DNA of 64,000 nucleotides. Source: Patescibacteria group bacterium (GTDB lineage: Bacteria; Patescibacteriota; Patescibacteriia; Patescibacteriales; UBA12465). The DNA is taken from the NCBI GenBank assembly GCA_041661685.1, contig JBAZTY010000003.1:4606-68605 (forward strand), read 5' to 3'. A program made the translations under genes and the position numbers. The notes beneath the pieces were generated by a model. The model was not told where the DNA came from. It saw only the letters and a list, made by a program, of their open reading frames with translations, and made no database searches. Within the stretch, counting starts at the first letter, position 1; every line of letters starts with the position of its first letter. Shown here piece by piece: positions 1 through 8,861 of this stretch.

Positions 1-40
1 GCCTTTTGAATTTTTGTTGTGTAAATCATAAATTTTAATG

Positions 41-427
41 TTAATTTTTTCCCAACCAATATACCCTTGGTTTGTCAGCGCCTTTAGGATAATCTTTTCT
101 AAGGCAAGGCTGAAATAACATAATCTCAAATATATTAGTTTTTTTTAATTTCTCAATTTCGGCAGCAGTTTTCACGGGGACATAAGTAACATATTGCGGA
201 TCATCACCGTCAACCCAATCTATTTCTTCATAAAACTCTTTAAAATATAGCTGCCCACATTCTTTACATTGGACTAGCCATCGAGAAAAGTGACTTTCAT
301 CTACAAAGGTTTCGATGAGTTCGAGATTATCGCAGCCCAGGTCATCTCTGCAGACATCATCATTCGCCCATAAATGGCATTGGATTGGTTTTACCATTTG
401 AGTTATTTCTATTTTATTGTTTTCCAT
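41..427 (-). CDS. hypothetical protein, 128 aa (ORF track 41..436 begins at an upstream GTG)
   Basis: Uninterrupted ORF. The ATG at 427 follows an AAGGGGGTGA Shine-Dalgarno-like run. Contains CKECG and other Cys, but no family recognised. Confidence 0.45.
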   Translation of the reverse strand: MENNKIEITQMVKPIQCHLWANDDVCRDDLGCDNLELIETFVDESHFSRWLVQCKECGQLYFKEFYEEIDWVDGDDPQYVTYVPVKTAAEIEKLKKTNIFEIMLFQPCLRKDYPKGADKPRVYWLGKN

Positions 428-436
428 ATTTATCAC

Positions 437-683
437 CCCCTTTCTAGCTTATCCGACAAAAAAAGCGGCTAAGAGATTTAACCAAAAGATATTGCTATCT
501 CTTAGATTGAAATCTCCCAACCGCCTTAACGATTAGTCACTTATTACATTTGGCTCTCAGCAGATTTCCCTGATTGCCTATTCACACGAGGTGAAAGAAA
601 TAAATGGTGCTGTTATGCTCCGCACTAGAGTTTGTATTGTTAACTACATTATTACTATAGCTGATAATTAGCGAAAAGTCAAA
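437..683 (-). promoter_or_regulatory. candidate promoter plus ~190-nt leader ending in a terminator-like hairpin just before the RBS of 41..427
   Basis: On the minus strand, TTGACT (682..677), a 17-nt spacer, then TATAGT (659..654). A 9-bp hairpin (505..497 with 477..469) is followed by CCGC and a U7 run (464..458), then AAGGGGG and the ATG. Confidence 0.3.
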
Positions 684-702
684 TTATTGTTATTTTAATT
701 GT

Positions 703-2208
703 TTAATTTGGAATAATATTAATAAGTTCTTTCCAAATAACATACATAGCATATGTATCTAAGCAGCAATATTTTAATAAATTTGCGGCTACCACTTGTT
801 GTTCTTCTGGCGATTTATTGCCAAAAACCATCTCATACCAGGCCTCCATCGCTGCGCCGCCTTCTTGAATTTCTAAATCTTTATAACTTAAGACTGGAGC
901 TAAGACTGGTAAAACTTTTTTTATAGATACTTTGCCCTTAAAACCAGGGTGAACATATAACTGTTTTTGGAAAATTTCCATTAAATCATATATTCTCTCA
1001 TTGATATCTCCTAAAAAATTAGCATCTTCGGGATGACGTTCTGCCAATTGGGCATTTATACTTTTTTCGAATCTTTTGCTCCAAACTATAATGCTCCCCG
1101 TTGAACCGATAAATTCTTTTAACTTGGAGATAATATGTTTTGATGGATCGGTATTTTCAGTATGCAAATATTCAAAATGTTCTAATTCTGCATCAGGACT
1201 TCGCAATACATGCAAGGAGAATTGAAAAGGAATTTGTTGATAAGGTTTAAATCCTTTAAATAATGGTATGGCTGGCGGGTATGTTTCGTAGTCTAAAAAA
1301 TATAAAGGATAGGTTAAAGATTCCAACTCTTTCTTTATTGAGTGTAAATCAATAATCGGAGTCTGCGTTTTATGAACATTTTTTTGATTTTGTTGAATAT
1401 CGGTTAATTTTATTGAATCAGGAATTTCAGCAATCTCATATATTTTAGAATCAACTAATTCAGCTAACTTCTTTTTACTTGTTCCTATTCTTGATAAATC
1501 ATGAATAGAATATTTAGGAACATCCGGATAAGAATAGCCAAAAGTAGAACAATGATTGCTTCTACCAAGATATATACACTGGCATTCTAAAGCATTTTCA
1601 TCTTCTTGAAATAAAGCCTCAGAAGCCATTTTCATTTTTATTCTAGTTGATTCAAGTCTTTTTTTAACTTGCTCGCTTATATCCTCTTTTATAAAAAGAG
1701 CATTAACATCAATTTCATCCCCCCTAATATATTCTTTATTTAAATGGACTAAATATATTTGCCCCAGCTTAATCCCAATATTATTTAATACTTCCACTTG
1801 GAAAGTAGCATCTTCAATATGATCAACCGAGTCTTCATTTTCATCTAAAGTATTTGTCCCCTTTATTTCATACAAATTCCAACAATCATTATCGGAATTG
1901 TATTCTAGAACATCATTTCTTACTAAAAATTTATCATTTATAAAAGTTGATTGAAAAATAATTTTCTTTTTTTCGCTTAAATATTGATTCGTTATAGTAT
2001 GCGCGCTTTCTCCATATTCAGAGATCAAGATTCCTTCTGGGAATAGCTTGCGTGCCCAAGATTCAACTAAATTACCTTTAGCAACTAAACTCTTATCAAA
2101 ATCTGATAATTCAAACATTTCCTTAAGCTCTGGTTTATTTAAATGTAGCCAAGCATTTTTAGGACATGAGGCAAATTGTAAATAGGTTGTTTTAGTTATT
2201 AGCTGCAT
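703..2208 (-). CDS. DUF2779-like protein (Cas4/RecB-like PD-(D/E)XK N-terminus plus RNase H-like exonuclease C-terminus)
   Basis: The N-terminal TKTTYLQFASCPKNAWL and C-terminal YFLDYETY ... KYCCLDTYAM patterns resemble DUF2779 proteins as I remember them. It is the last gene of the packed AT-rich operon. Confidence 0.55.
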   Translation of the reverse strand: MQLITKTTYLQFASCPKNAWLHLNKPELKEMFELSDFDKSLVAKGNLVESWARKLFPEGILISEYGESAHTITNQYLSEKKKIIFQSTFINDKFLVRNDVLEYNSDNDCWNLYEIKGTNTLDENEDSVDHIEDATFQVEVLNNIGIKLGQIYLVHLNKEYIRGDEIDVNALFIKEDISEQVKKRLESTRIKMKMASEALFQEDENALECQCIYLGRSNHCSTFGYSYPDVPKYSIHDLSRIGTSKKKLAELVDSKIYEIAEIPDSIKLTDIQQNQKNVHKTQTPIIDLHSIKKELESLTYPLYFLDYETYPPAIPLFKGFKPYQQIPFQFSLHVLRSPDAELEHFEYLHTENTDPSKHIISKLKEFIGSTGSIIVWSKRFEKSINAQLAERHPEDANFLGDINERIYDLMEIFQKQLYVHPGFKGKVSIKKVLPVLAPVLSYKDLEIQEGGAAMEAWYEMVFGNKSPEEQQVVAANLLKYCCLDTYAMYVIWKELINIIPN

Positions 2209-2220
2209 ACTTTATCATAT

Positions 2221-3108
2221 TTATAGCGTTTCTTCGTATGACTGTTTAATTATTTCAAAAACATCATCAACCTCTTTTAAAAATTTAACTTTTATTCTTC
2301 CTTTGTATCCCCACATATGAGTACTAATATCGGCTACTAAATTTTTTGGGTCATTATATTTAGGGCTTCTGACTAAAACATCCATAACATTTTTCCCAAA
2401 CTCAAATCTAATAAAACTTTTTGTAGTTCTATATGTTATTCCGGTTTTTTGATTAGAAAATTCCTCAACTTCTGGCAAAGATTGAATTTTTTCTTGAAAT
2501 CTATAAAAAATTTGCTTAATTTCTTCTGAAGAGTTGTGTTTTTTTAAATGGTACTCGATATCGTAAACCTCATCATTATTTGTTTTTATATGTTCTATTT
2601 CTTTTACAGCCTTTCTTGTTTGGCTTGGAACATAAACATTCTCCAAATAAAGAATATCCTGTTTATATGGCACGTATTTAATTAATTCTACACTATCAAC
2701 TTGCTGGACTGCAATTATTGTCCGGCTATCAAATCCTTGAGCGATTAAAATTACACGTGGGCTAGTCCAGTTAACTTTTTCGTCCCTCCCTAATTTATCT
2801 GCTACTAATAAATCGAAATGTTTCTTATTTTTTTTCAACCAATCTAGATAAAAAAGACCCTGAACAAAAATCGCATTATCTTGCCCCCATTTGTATTCGA
2901 TGATTACTGGTGAATTTGTTTCGTCCAATGCTATCGTATCCATTCTGCCCCCTTCGCTAGTTGGATATTCTTTAGCTAAAAATCTCATTCCAAGCAATTC
3001 TTCCAAGTTATTTGCAAAAAAATCTCGGAGTTCGGCCTCATTATTAAAATGATTAATATCTAAAAAAACTTGGCTAGCTTTTTTATTGTTCATTTGAAAT
3101 ATTGGCAT
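2221..3108 (-). CDS. NucS/DUF91-like PD-(D/E)XK nuclease domain protein with an unassigned C-terminal domain (possibly DUF5655-like)
   Basis: GRMDTIALDETNSPVIIEYKWG fits the G-x-D ... E-x-K nuclease core of NucS-type domains. There is a 12-nt gap to the downstream gene and a 1-nt gap to the upstream ORF. Confidence 0.5.
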   Translation of the reverse strand: MPIFQMNNKKASQVFLDINHFNNEAELRDFFANNLEELLGMRFLAKEYPTSEGGRMDTIALDETNSPVIIEYKWGQDNAIFVQGLFYLDWLKKNKKHFDLLVADKLGRDEKVNWTSPRVILIAQGFDSRTIIAVQQVDSVELIKYVPYKQDILYLENVYVPSQTRKAVKEIEHIKTNNDEVYDIEYHLKKHNSSEEIKQIFYRFQEKIQSLPEVEEFSNQKTGITYRTTKSFIRFEFGKNVMDVLVRSPKYNDPKNLVADISTHMWGYKGRIKVKFLKEVDDVFEIIKQSYEETL

Positions 3109-3109
3109 A

Positions 3110-3298
3110 CTATTTTTTTGTAATTAAATAGTTTTTCTGAAGTAAAATTAAATCTTTCTCCAAGTTTTTTAGTATTTTTATATTATTTTCAGTAAATTTA
3201 TTATCTCTAGAACTTTGTCTAATTAAACTTAAAATAGCCCCTAAAGTGCCAAAATAATCGTTTGATAGAATATGGAATTCAATTGATTTTTTGCTCAT
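3110..3298 (-). CDS. small hypothetical protein (62 aa)
   Basis: The ORF fills the gap between the HNH and NucS-like genes exactly (12-nt and 1-nt spacers). No recognisable motif. Confidence 0.4.
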   Translation of the reverse strand: MSKKSIEFHILSNDYFGTLGAILSLIRQSSRDNKFTENNIKILKNLEKDLILLQKNYLITKK

Positions 3299-3310
3299 AT
3301 ACCATGAATG

Positions 3311-4657
3311 CTAATATATGTATATGTGATAAAAAGAGGCAAATTTGGGAAAATTTAATTCAGGATCGACTGCCTGTAAATTATCTTTATATTTATGGAA
3401 TAATTCGGATATAACTTCGCTTTTTTGCACTGGTATAGCATTATGAATCTTGCTATGGCAGTGGGGGCACAAAGGCGTTATATTCTGCGGACAATCTAAA
3501 TTGATTTTTCTCTCAGTCCAGTATTGGTGTTGATACTCCATAGGTATCATGTGATGACCCTCAACAAAATTTTCTTTTGTCGAATTGGCTGTAAAATATA
3601 AATGTTCCTTACTATGGCAGCCGCACATATAATCGTGAGCCTCCATTGATTGAATTTTGTATCTTTTTTGCGTTGTAAATATTTTTTTACCTTTAGAATT
3701 GTATGCGGTCGTAACAGGTATTTTGAATTCTGGTAAACCAGCTATATTAATTGGCTCCTCTGCAATTTCTTCTTCCACTTCTGTTAATTCGGTGGCTACA
3801 ATTTCTAACTCAGAGCTGATATTTAAAACAGGATAAAGTTTTGAATCAATTGTTTTAATATATTCTATATATTCATTTAAAACTTTGATTGTGTAGTCTT
3901 TTGTTTGTTTCAGGGCAAGACTGATGTCAATATTTTTTCCTTTTAATATATGGGTTGTAGCCAATAATTTTAATGCAAAGGCTTTTTGTTCTTGTCCTTT
4001 AGGTTCTTTCTCAAATGAAGCTACCAATACGCCATTTTCAATTCTTAATTGTTTAAACTGCGAATTTGTAGGATAACTAGCTTGTAAAAAATTCGTATGC
4101 TCAATAATTTCTTCTACGGTATTATAACGACCAGCAATATTTAAATTTTTAATAGGAAAGACTTCTATAAACTCAAACCCTAGATTATTTGCGAAATTCA
4201 CCGTCATTTGAATATTTGAATCCCAAGTGGTTTCATTTTTTTCTTTCGACATTATCTCTGACTTATGAGTTGTCAGCAAACATATTTTTTTAATCTTATC
4301 ATCAATTAGAAAATCTTTATTTCTTGCTAATTTTGAAGTAACCATCGGCATTACTTGTTGGTTAAACCATACGTTGCCACTTTTCCCATAGAGAGTCGTA
4401 AAAGACACAACCACTTCTTTTAAGCCTTCTAAATCTCCTGACACATATCCATTATACATATGATACAAACCGCTTTCTCCACTATTAAAAAAATCATATC
4501 CGCTAATGGAAAGAAAATTATATTCATCATTTAATTTCTTTATTACATCATTAAGGAAGGATTCTCTGTCTGAATAATCATAAACTCTCAATAGTTTTAA
4601 ATTTTCTTCTTCATTCAAACTATCAAAAAATACTTTATTGATTTTTAAAATTTGCAT
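3311..4657 (-). CDS. HNH endonuclease domain protein, candidate restriction enzyme
   Basis: C-terminal CGC ... EGHHMIP ... LCPHCHSKIHN is a classic HNH zinc-finger nuclease signature. Its start overlaps the methyltransferase stop by 13 nt. The N-terminal ~330 aa are unrecognised. Confidence 0.65.
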   Translation of the reverse strand: MQILKINKVFFDSLNEEENLKLLRVYDYSDRESFLNDVIKKLNDEYNFLSISGYDFFNSGESGLYHMYNGYVSGDLEGLKEVVVSFTTLYGKSGNVWFNQQVMPMVTSKLARNKDFLIDDKIKKICLLTTHKSEIMSKEKNETTWDSNIQMTVNFANNLGFEFIEVFPIKNLNIAGRYNTVEEIIEHTNFLQASYPTNSQFKQLRIENGVLVASFEKEPKGQEQKAFALKLLATTHILKGKNIDISLALKQTKDYTIKVLNEYIEYIKTIDSKLYPVLNISSELEIVATELTEVEEEIAEEPINIAGLPEFKIPVTTAYNSKGKKIFTTQKRYKIQSMEAHDYMCGCHSKEHLYFTANSTKENFVEGHHMIPMEYQHQYWTERKINLDCPQNITPLCPHCHSKIHNAIPVQKSEVISELFHKYKDNLQAVDPELNFPKFASFYHIYIY

Positions 4658-6534
4658 ATTCTTTTTCCTCCTATTAAATTATAATTTGTTATAATAACCT
4701 CTTTTCTTATTGAATGGTCTAATTCTATAATATTAAAATTATGAGACTCAATCCATTCTAATAATAAGTGGTTTGTTTTATTTTTGTGATAAATTATGTT
4801 TGATAGGATAAACCTGCGGCCACTATCATGAAGAGCAGTTAGGTGTTTTAGTAACTTGGCCTCAGAGTCTGCATTCCAACCATTAAAACCTCTCTTTCCG
4901 TCGTTATAGGTTGCATTAGTTATGAAATATGGAGGATCAAAATAGAATAATGCTTGTTCATCGTACTCGTTAAAATTTATTTTTAAACAATCCTTATTTA
5001 AAAAATATATTTTTTTTGATTTTGGTTTAAATTTTTTTAATCTATCGCTGATTGTTCCATTGTAGGCACAGTTTCCCACGGGAGTATTGAAATTTAATTT
5101 GGAATTAAATCTAATCTGATTCTGGAAACAAAACATTGTTAAAATAAATAAATCTAAATCCTTTTTAGATTTATTGTATTTATTTCTAAATATATTATAT
5201 TTTTCAGAATTTCCTTTTTCTAAATTATAAGAATCAACCGTCTTATCTAAATATTCAATAATTTCTTTAGAGTCAGTATTTAATAATTTTTTTACTAATT
5301 TATATACAAATGGATTATATTCATTATATACTACTTTTTCTGCTACTATATTTACCCCAACGTTAAAAGCACCCCCCATCATGTCAACAAAAGAACTTAT
5401 GTGCTCTGGCAAATATTTTATCATTTGCTGCATTAAATCATTTTTACTTCCTGAGTAATTCAGCGGTGATTTTATAATCTCATTATTTTTTTTAATATAT
5501 AGTAAAACCTCAAATAATTTATCCCCTTTTTGGCTCGAATGAATATTTTTATATTCTCTGTAATCAACAAGACTTTTTATAACTTTCCCGTCTATTGCGT
5601 AACTGGATAACATTTTTTCTAACTCATCTAACGGTATCACCGATTGGTTGCTATAACTAATAACAATATCATTAAATTGTGCTTGCCTTATTAAATCTTC
5701 AAACGCGAAAAGCGCGGTTTTTTCTCGTGTATAATGAGATTTTTTATCATTTTCAGTTCTGCGTCCAGTAATACCGGCAATTCCAGGATAATCATATTTG
5801 GCTATAGTTTCTAAAACATGATAAGCGGACGAATATTCAGTAACAGTATATGGCGGATCTATATATAATATATCGCCAGATATTTTTCTTATTAATGAAT
5901 TTGCGTCCTCGTTGTAAACTAAATTTTCCTTATTTATTGATTTACAATTATTTATTTCCATCGGCAAAAATCGAAATTTTTTCAACGATCTTCTGTCCCA
6001 TTCTTTTAAAAATGCTTCGTAAGTACCAGAGGTATTAGAAAATCGCATTATGCTTTCTATTAAACTCCCTAATAAAAAATAATATTCTTTTTCATTAAAT
6101 ATTAAATTTTTATATAATTCCTCTATTTCAATTCTGATTGAATCAATGACAATAGCATTTTCTTCTGAAAAGAATTTACGGCCTCCTTTTGGTGAATAAT
6201 TATTGGTTACAAAATAATGATTTTTATACTCGTGCGTTTTTTTCCCAAAATAATCAAATGGGTCATTATTATATGTGTTTCTAAATTTTTCAAAAGTCGG
6301 TTTATTGTTGTTATATATTTTTGCTTTCGTTATAACAGAAGAACATACTAAAAAATCATTGGCAATTATTTTATAATTATGCTTAAACGCATCAGCAACG
6401 CTACCAGTTCCCGAAAATATGTCACAAAAAGATTCACCTTTAATTTTATTATCCGAAAAAAAGTCAATAATATTATTGACTAATCTGGTTTTATTGCCTA
6501 TATATCTCATAAAGTTATAATTCACGCAAAACAA
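4645..6534 (-). CDS. fused tandem N6-adenine DNA methyltransferase (two D12/Dam-class modules)
   Basis: Module 1 has YIGNKTRL, DIFSGTGSV and IDPPY. Module 2 has YSGSKNDL, DMMGGAFNVG and FDPPY. The likely true start is MRYIGNK at 6510. Confidence 0.8.
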   Translation of the reverse strand: MFCVNYNFMRYIGNKTRLVNNIIDFFSDNKIKGESFCDIFSGTGSVADAFKHNYKIIANDFLVCSSVITKAKIYNNNKPTFEKFRNTYNNDPFDYFGKKTHEYKNHYFVTNNYSPKGGRKFFSEENAIVIDSIRIEIEELYKNLIFNEKEYYFLLGSLIESIMRFSNTSGTYEAFLKEWDRRSLKKFRFLPMEINNCKSINKENLVYNEDANSLIRKISGDILYIDPPYTVTEYSSAYHVLETIAKYDYPGIAGITGRRTENDKKSHYTREKTALFAFEDLIRQAQFNDIVISYSNQSVIPLDELEKMLSSYAIDGKVIKSLVDYREYKNIHSSQKGDKLFEVLLYIKKNNEIIKSPLNYSGSKNDLMQQMIKYLPEHISSFVDMMGGAFNVGVNIVAEKVVYNEYNPFVYKLVKKLLNTDSKEIIEYLDKTVDSYNLEKGNSEKYNIFRNKYNKSKKDLDLFILTMFCFQNQIRFNSKLNFNTPVGNCAYNGTISDRLKKFKPKSKKIYFLNKDCLKINFNEYDEQALFYFDPPYFITNATYNDGKRGFNGWNADSEAKLLKHLTALHDSGRRFILSNIIYHKNKTNHLLLEWIESHNFNIIELDHSIRKEVIITNYNLIGGKRICKF

Positions 6535-6747
6535 AAAAGTGGAGCTGTTTAAATTTTACCATTTTGATGTAAAAATAACAATAAAAATAGCCCAAATCTA
6601 TCAACTTGCCGCAGATAATTATTTAAACTATAATAAAAATTACTATGAACACTACAAATCCATAAAAACATGACTTCTTGACAAATTTACATATAAAATG
6701 TTGATATTCCCTGTCGCGAGGCGGGAATATTTTTAATAAAAAACAAT

Positions 6748-7560
6748 ATGAAAGCCTATTGCTCCGGGTTGAAAGAAAAAATGCTGGAATTAACTAGGCT
6801 TTTTTGCGTAGAAAGGAACGTTTTTCAAAAATTCGTTATTATTTATAGATATATTACCCTTATCGACAAAGACCCGATCACTCATGATATTCTCCAGAAG
6901 ATATTTGATGACACGGTTAAAACCATGGGCGAAGCTGGAGATGAACTTAATGAAAACAATTTTCTAAATGTTAAAAGCGAGATAATTCATACTAATGAAT
7001 TTTGGGTGTATTATTCTAACCTTAAAATAATACATAGCCGGATGAAAAAATTAAAAGAGTGTAAAATTCACGAAAAATCAGAATTTGATAGTTTATGCCG
7101 CCTTTTTTCTAAACCCTATTCCCCTGAATCGCTTAAGCTCTCGTTTAAGGTCGTAAATAGCAATATTTTTGATCATTTAGACCAAGAGAGCTTTCTTGAG
7201 GATGACGAAGATGATAAAAAAACGTGGTTTGACGATAAAAAAAGTATTCTATACATAAAAGGCGAAAAAATAAGAATAAGAAGAAAAAGTGCAGATTCCA
7301 ACGATCATAAAATATTAAAATATATTTTTACTGACAATAAAGAAAATTTAGAAGACGATTTCTTTTTTTCCGAAATGGCCGAAGACGCATTTGGGGATGA
7401 GGAATATCGAAACGATAAAAATTCCTGGCGGCGATATCATGACGCCTGTCTTAAATTAAAAAATAAGGTTGTGGATAACACTAAAAATAGAATAAACGAT
7501 TTTTTTATTTTTAGCTCCGGTCAAAAGGGTTCGATTAAAATTAACCCTAAATACCTATAA
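6748..7560 (+). CDS. hypothetical protein (270 aa), acidic/Lys-rich
   Basis: Long AT-rich ORF divergent from the methyltransferase operon and followed by a clear terminator. No family recognised. Confidence 0.5.
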   Translation: MKAYCSGLKEKMLELTRLFCVERNVFQKFVIIYRYITLIDKDPITHDILQKIFDDTVKTMGEAGDELNENNFLNVKSEIIHTNEFWVYYSNLKIIHSRMKKLKECKIHEKSEFDSLCRLFSKPYSPESLKLSFKVVNSNIFDHLDQESFLEDDEDDKKTWFDDKKSILYIKGEKIRIRRKSADSNDHKILKYIFTDNKENLEDDFFFSEMAEDAFGDEEYRNDKNSWRRYHDACLKLKNKVVDNTKNRINDFFIFSSGQKGSIKINPKYL

Positions 7561-7623
7561 TTTTATAAAAAAACTTTGACCATTCTTTCAGCCGAAGATG
7601 GTCAAACTCCACTTTCATACAAT

Positions 7624-7652
7624 AGCCTCATAACGATTATGAGGCTTTTTTT
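7624..7652 (+). terminator. rho-independent terminator
   Basis: AGCCTCATAA / TTATGAGGCT form a 10-bp stem with a 3-nt loop, followed by a T6 run. Confidence 0.7.
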
Positions 7653-7732
7653 ATTAAGCCCCAAAACCGCTATCGCCCAGTAAAGGTCGAGGCGCAAAAA
7701 TTAATTAATAAACAAAATTAACATCTGCAATT

Positions 7733-8005
7733 ATGTTTTACATCAAAGGAACAATAAAAGACGACAAGATAGAAAACTTCACCCGCAAAGACGGAACGCC
7801 CGGCCAAAAGCGGTTGCTTTACGTCGAGCCGTTAAACAGCATTTATCCGATAACCGTTAATGTGCCTCTAAACAAGGACTACGGCAAAATCGGCGCTAAG
7901 GTGGAGGTCGAGGTAAAGGTTTACCCCTTCTCTTTCGTCAACAAAGAGCGTCAAAGGGCTTTCCTTTCGGTTTACGTTCCGGAAGACGAGACCGGTAAAA
8001 AATAG
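7733..8005 (+). CDS. hypothetical 90-aa protein, positionally equivalent to inovirus ssDNA-binding protein (gV-like)
   Basis: Its size and its position just upstream of the small coat-like ORFs match gV. The function call is positional only; no motif recognised. Confidence 0.4.
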   Translation: MFYIKGTIKDDKIENFTRKDGTPGQKRLLYVEPLNSIYPITVNVPLNKDYGKIGAKVEVEVKVYPFSFVNKERQRAFLSVYVPEDETGKK

Positions 8006-8013
8006 ATAATCAT

Positions 8014-8175
8014 ATGGATATTATAATCGCTACCACAACCGCGACTTCGACGATTTACCGCCTGACCGACGAGGCCTTAAATCTCCTGAATTTCAATTAC
8101 CAATTTTGGACGTTCGTTGTTTGCGTTGCCTTGGGATTCGCCGTGATATTTTTAATTCTTAACATCTTCGACTAA
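8014..8175 (+). CDS. small single-TM protein (53 aa), minor coat-like
   Basis: Translated by hand as MDIIIATTTATSTIYRLTDEALNLLNFNYQFWTFVVCVALGFAVIFLILNIFD. It falls below the ORF-track size cutoff. It is one of three back-to-back tiny hydrophobic ORFs. Confidence 0.45.
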   Translation: MDIIIATTTATSTIYRLTDEALNLLNFNYQFWTFVVCVALGFAVIFLILNIFD

Positions 8176-8176
8176 T

Positions 8177-8281
8177 ATGCACGCCGCGATTATAACTTTC
8201 TTTGAGTCTCTCGGGAACATCATCGTTCCCGTCCTGGCAATCGCCTTGATCGCCAAATTATTAATAAGAATTAGCAGATAA
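8177..8281 (+). CDS. small hydrophobic protein (34 aa), gVII/gIX-like by size and position
   Basis: MHAAIITFFESLGNIIVPVLAIALIAKLLIRISR. It starts 1 nt after the previous stop. Confidence 0.4.
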   Translation: MHAAIITFFESLGNIIVPVLAIALIAKLLIRISR

Positions 8282-8287
8282 TAAATT

Positions 8288-8431
8288 ATGTGCTCCGCTG
8301 AAATATTAATCTCAAACTCTTGCTACCTGGATAACTGGGTCAATATCACACACTCTTTATCCGCGGGCTTGGTTATGGGCGCGTTTCTCGGAGTAACGGT
8401 CGGCATAATTCTATTATTTCTTAAAAAATAA
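8288..8431 (+). CDS. small single-TM protein (47 aa), minor coat-like
   Basis: MCSAEILISNSCYLDNWVNITHSLSAGLVMGAFLGVTVGIILLFLKK. It is the third tiny ORF in the series before the major coat gene. Confidence 0.4.
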   Translation: MCSAEILISNSCYLDNWVNITHSLSAGLVMGAFLGVTVGIILLFLKK

Positions 8432-8448
8432 TTTTAACTGTAATTTTT

Positions 8449-8697
8449 ATGATGAATTTCATTAAGAAAATTAAAGTGGGGTTAATGGCTTTGCTGGGTA
8501 TTATCGGCTTTAGTGCCGCTAACGCTTATGCGGCCGTGGATGCGGATATCGCTTCCACAACCAGCGGAATGGCGGTAACCGTTAAGGAAAACTTAATGGG
8601 CGTCCTAATTTCCAACTTGCCGACGATAGTCATTGTCGGTGTAGCCGTCTTAGCGATCGGCTTCATTTGGAGATTATTCCGCAGATTCGCTAAATAG
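8449..8697 (+). CDS. inovirus major coat protein-like (gVIII-like)
   Basis: A signal peptide ends in AYA before AVDAD. The mature ~54 aa has an acidic N-terminus, a hydrophobic core (IVIVGVAVLAIGFIW) and a basic tail (RLFRRFAK). This is the textbook filamentous-phage coat layout. Confidence 0.65.
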   Translation: MMNFIKKIKVGLMALLGIIGFSAANAYAAVDADIASTTSGMAVTVKENLMGVLISNLPTIVIVGVAVLAIGFIWRLFRRFAK

Positions 8698-8861
8698 CCC
8701 TCGGGTTGCCTGATAATAAAAATCGGGCAACTTACAGGGAGATTAAGATATCGGTGAGAGCCGGTGATGAGGGACAAAAATGCGTTTTAAAAGTTTTATA
8801 ACTTTTAGTTCAGCAAACAAATACCCTTTCTCCTTTTAATAACATTTAACCTTTGACCGTT

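Noticed and set aside
5850-6038. 62-aa plus-strand ORF inside the methyltransferase gene
   Set aside because: It is antisense to a gene with two complete sets of methyltransferase motifs, and its hydrophobic low-complexity translation is typical of AT-rich shadow frames.
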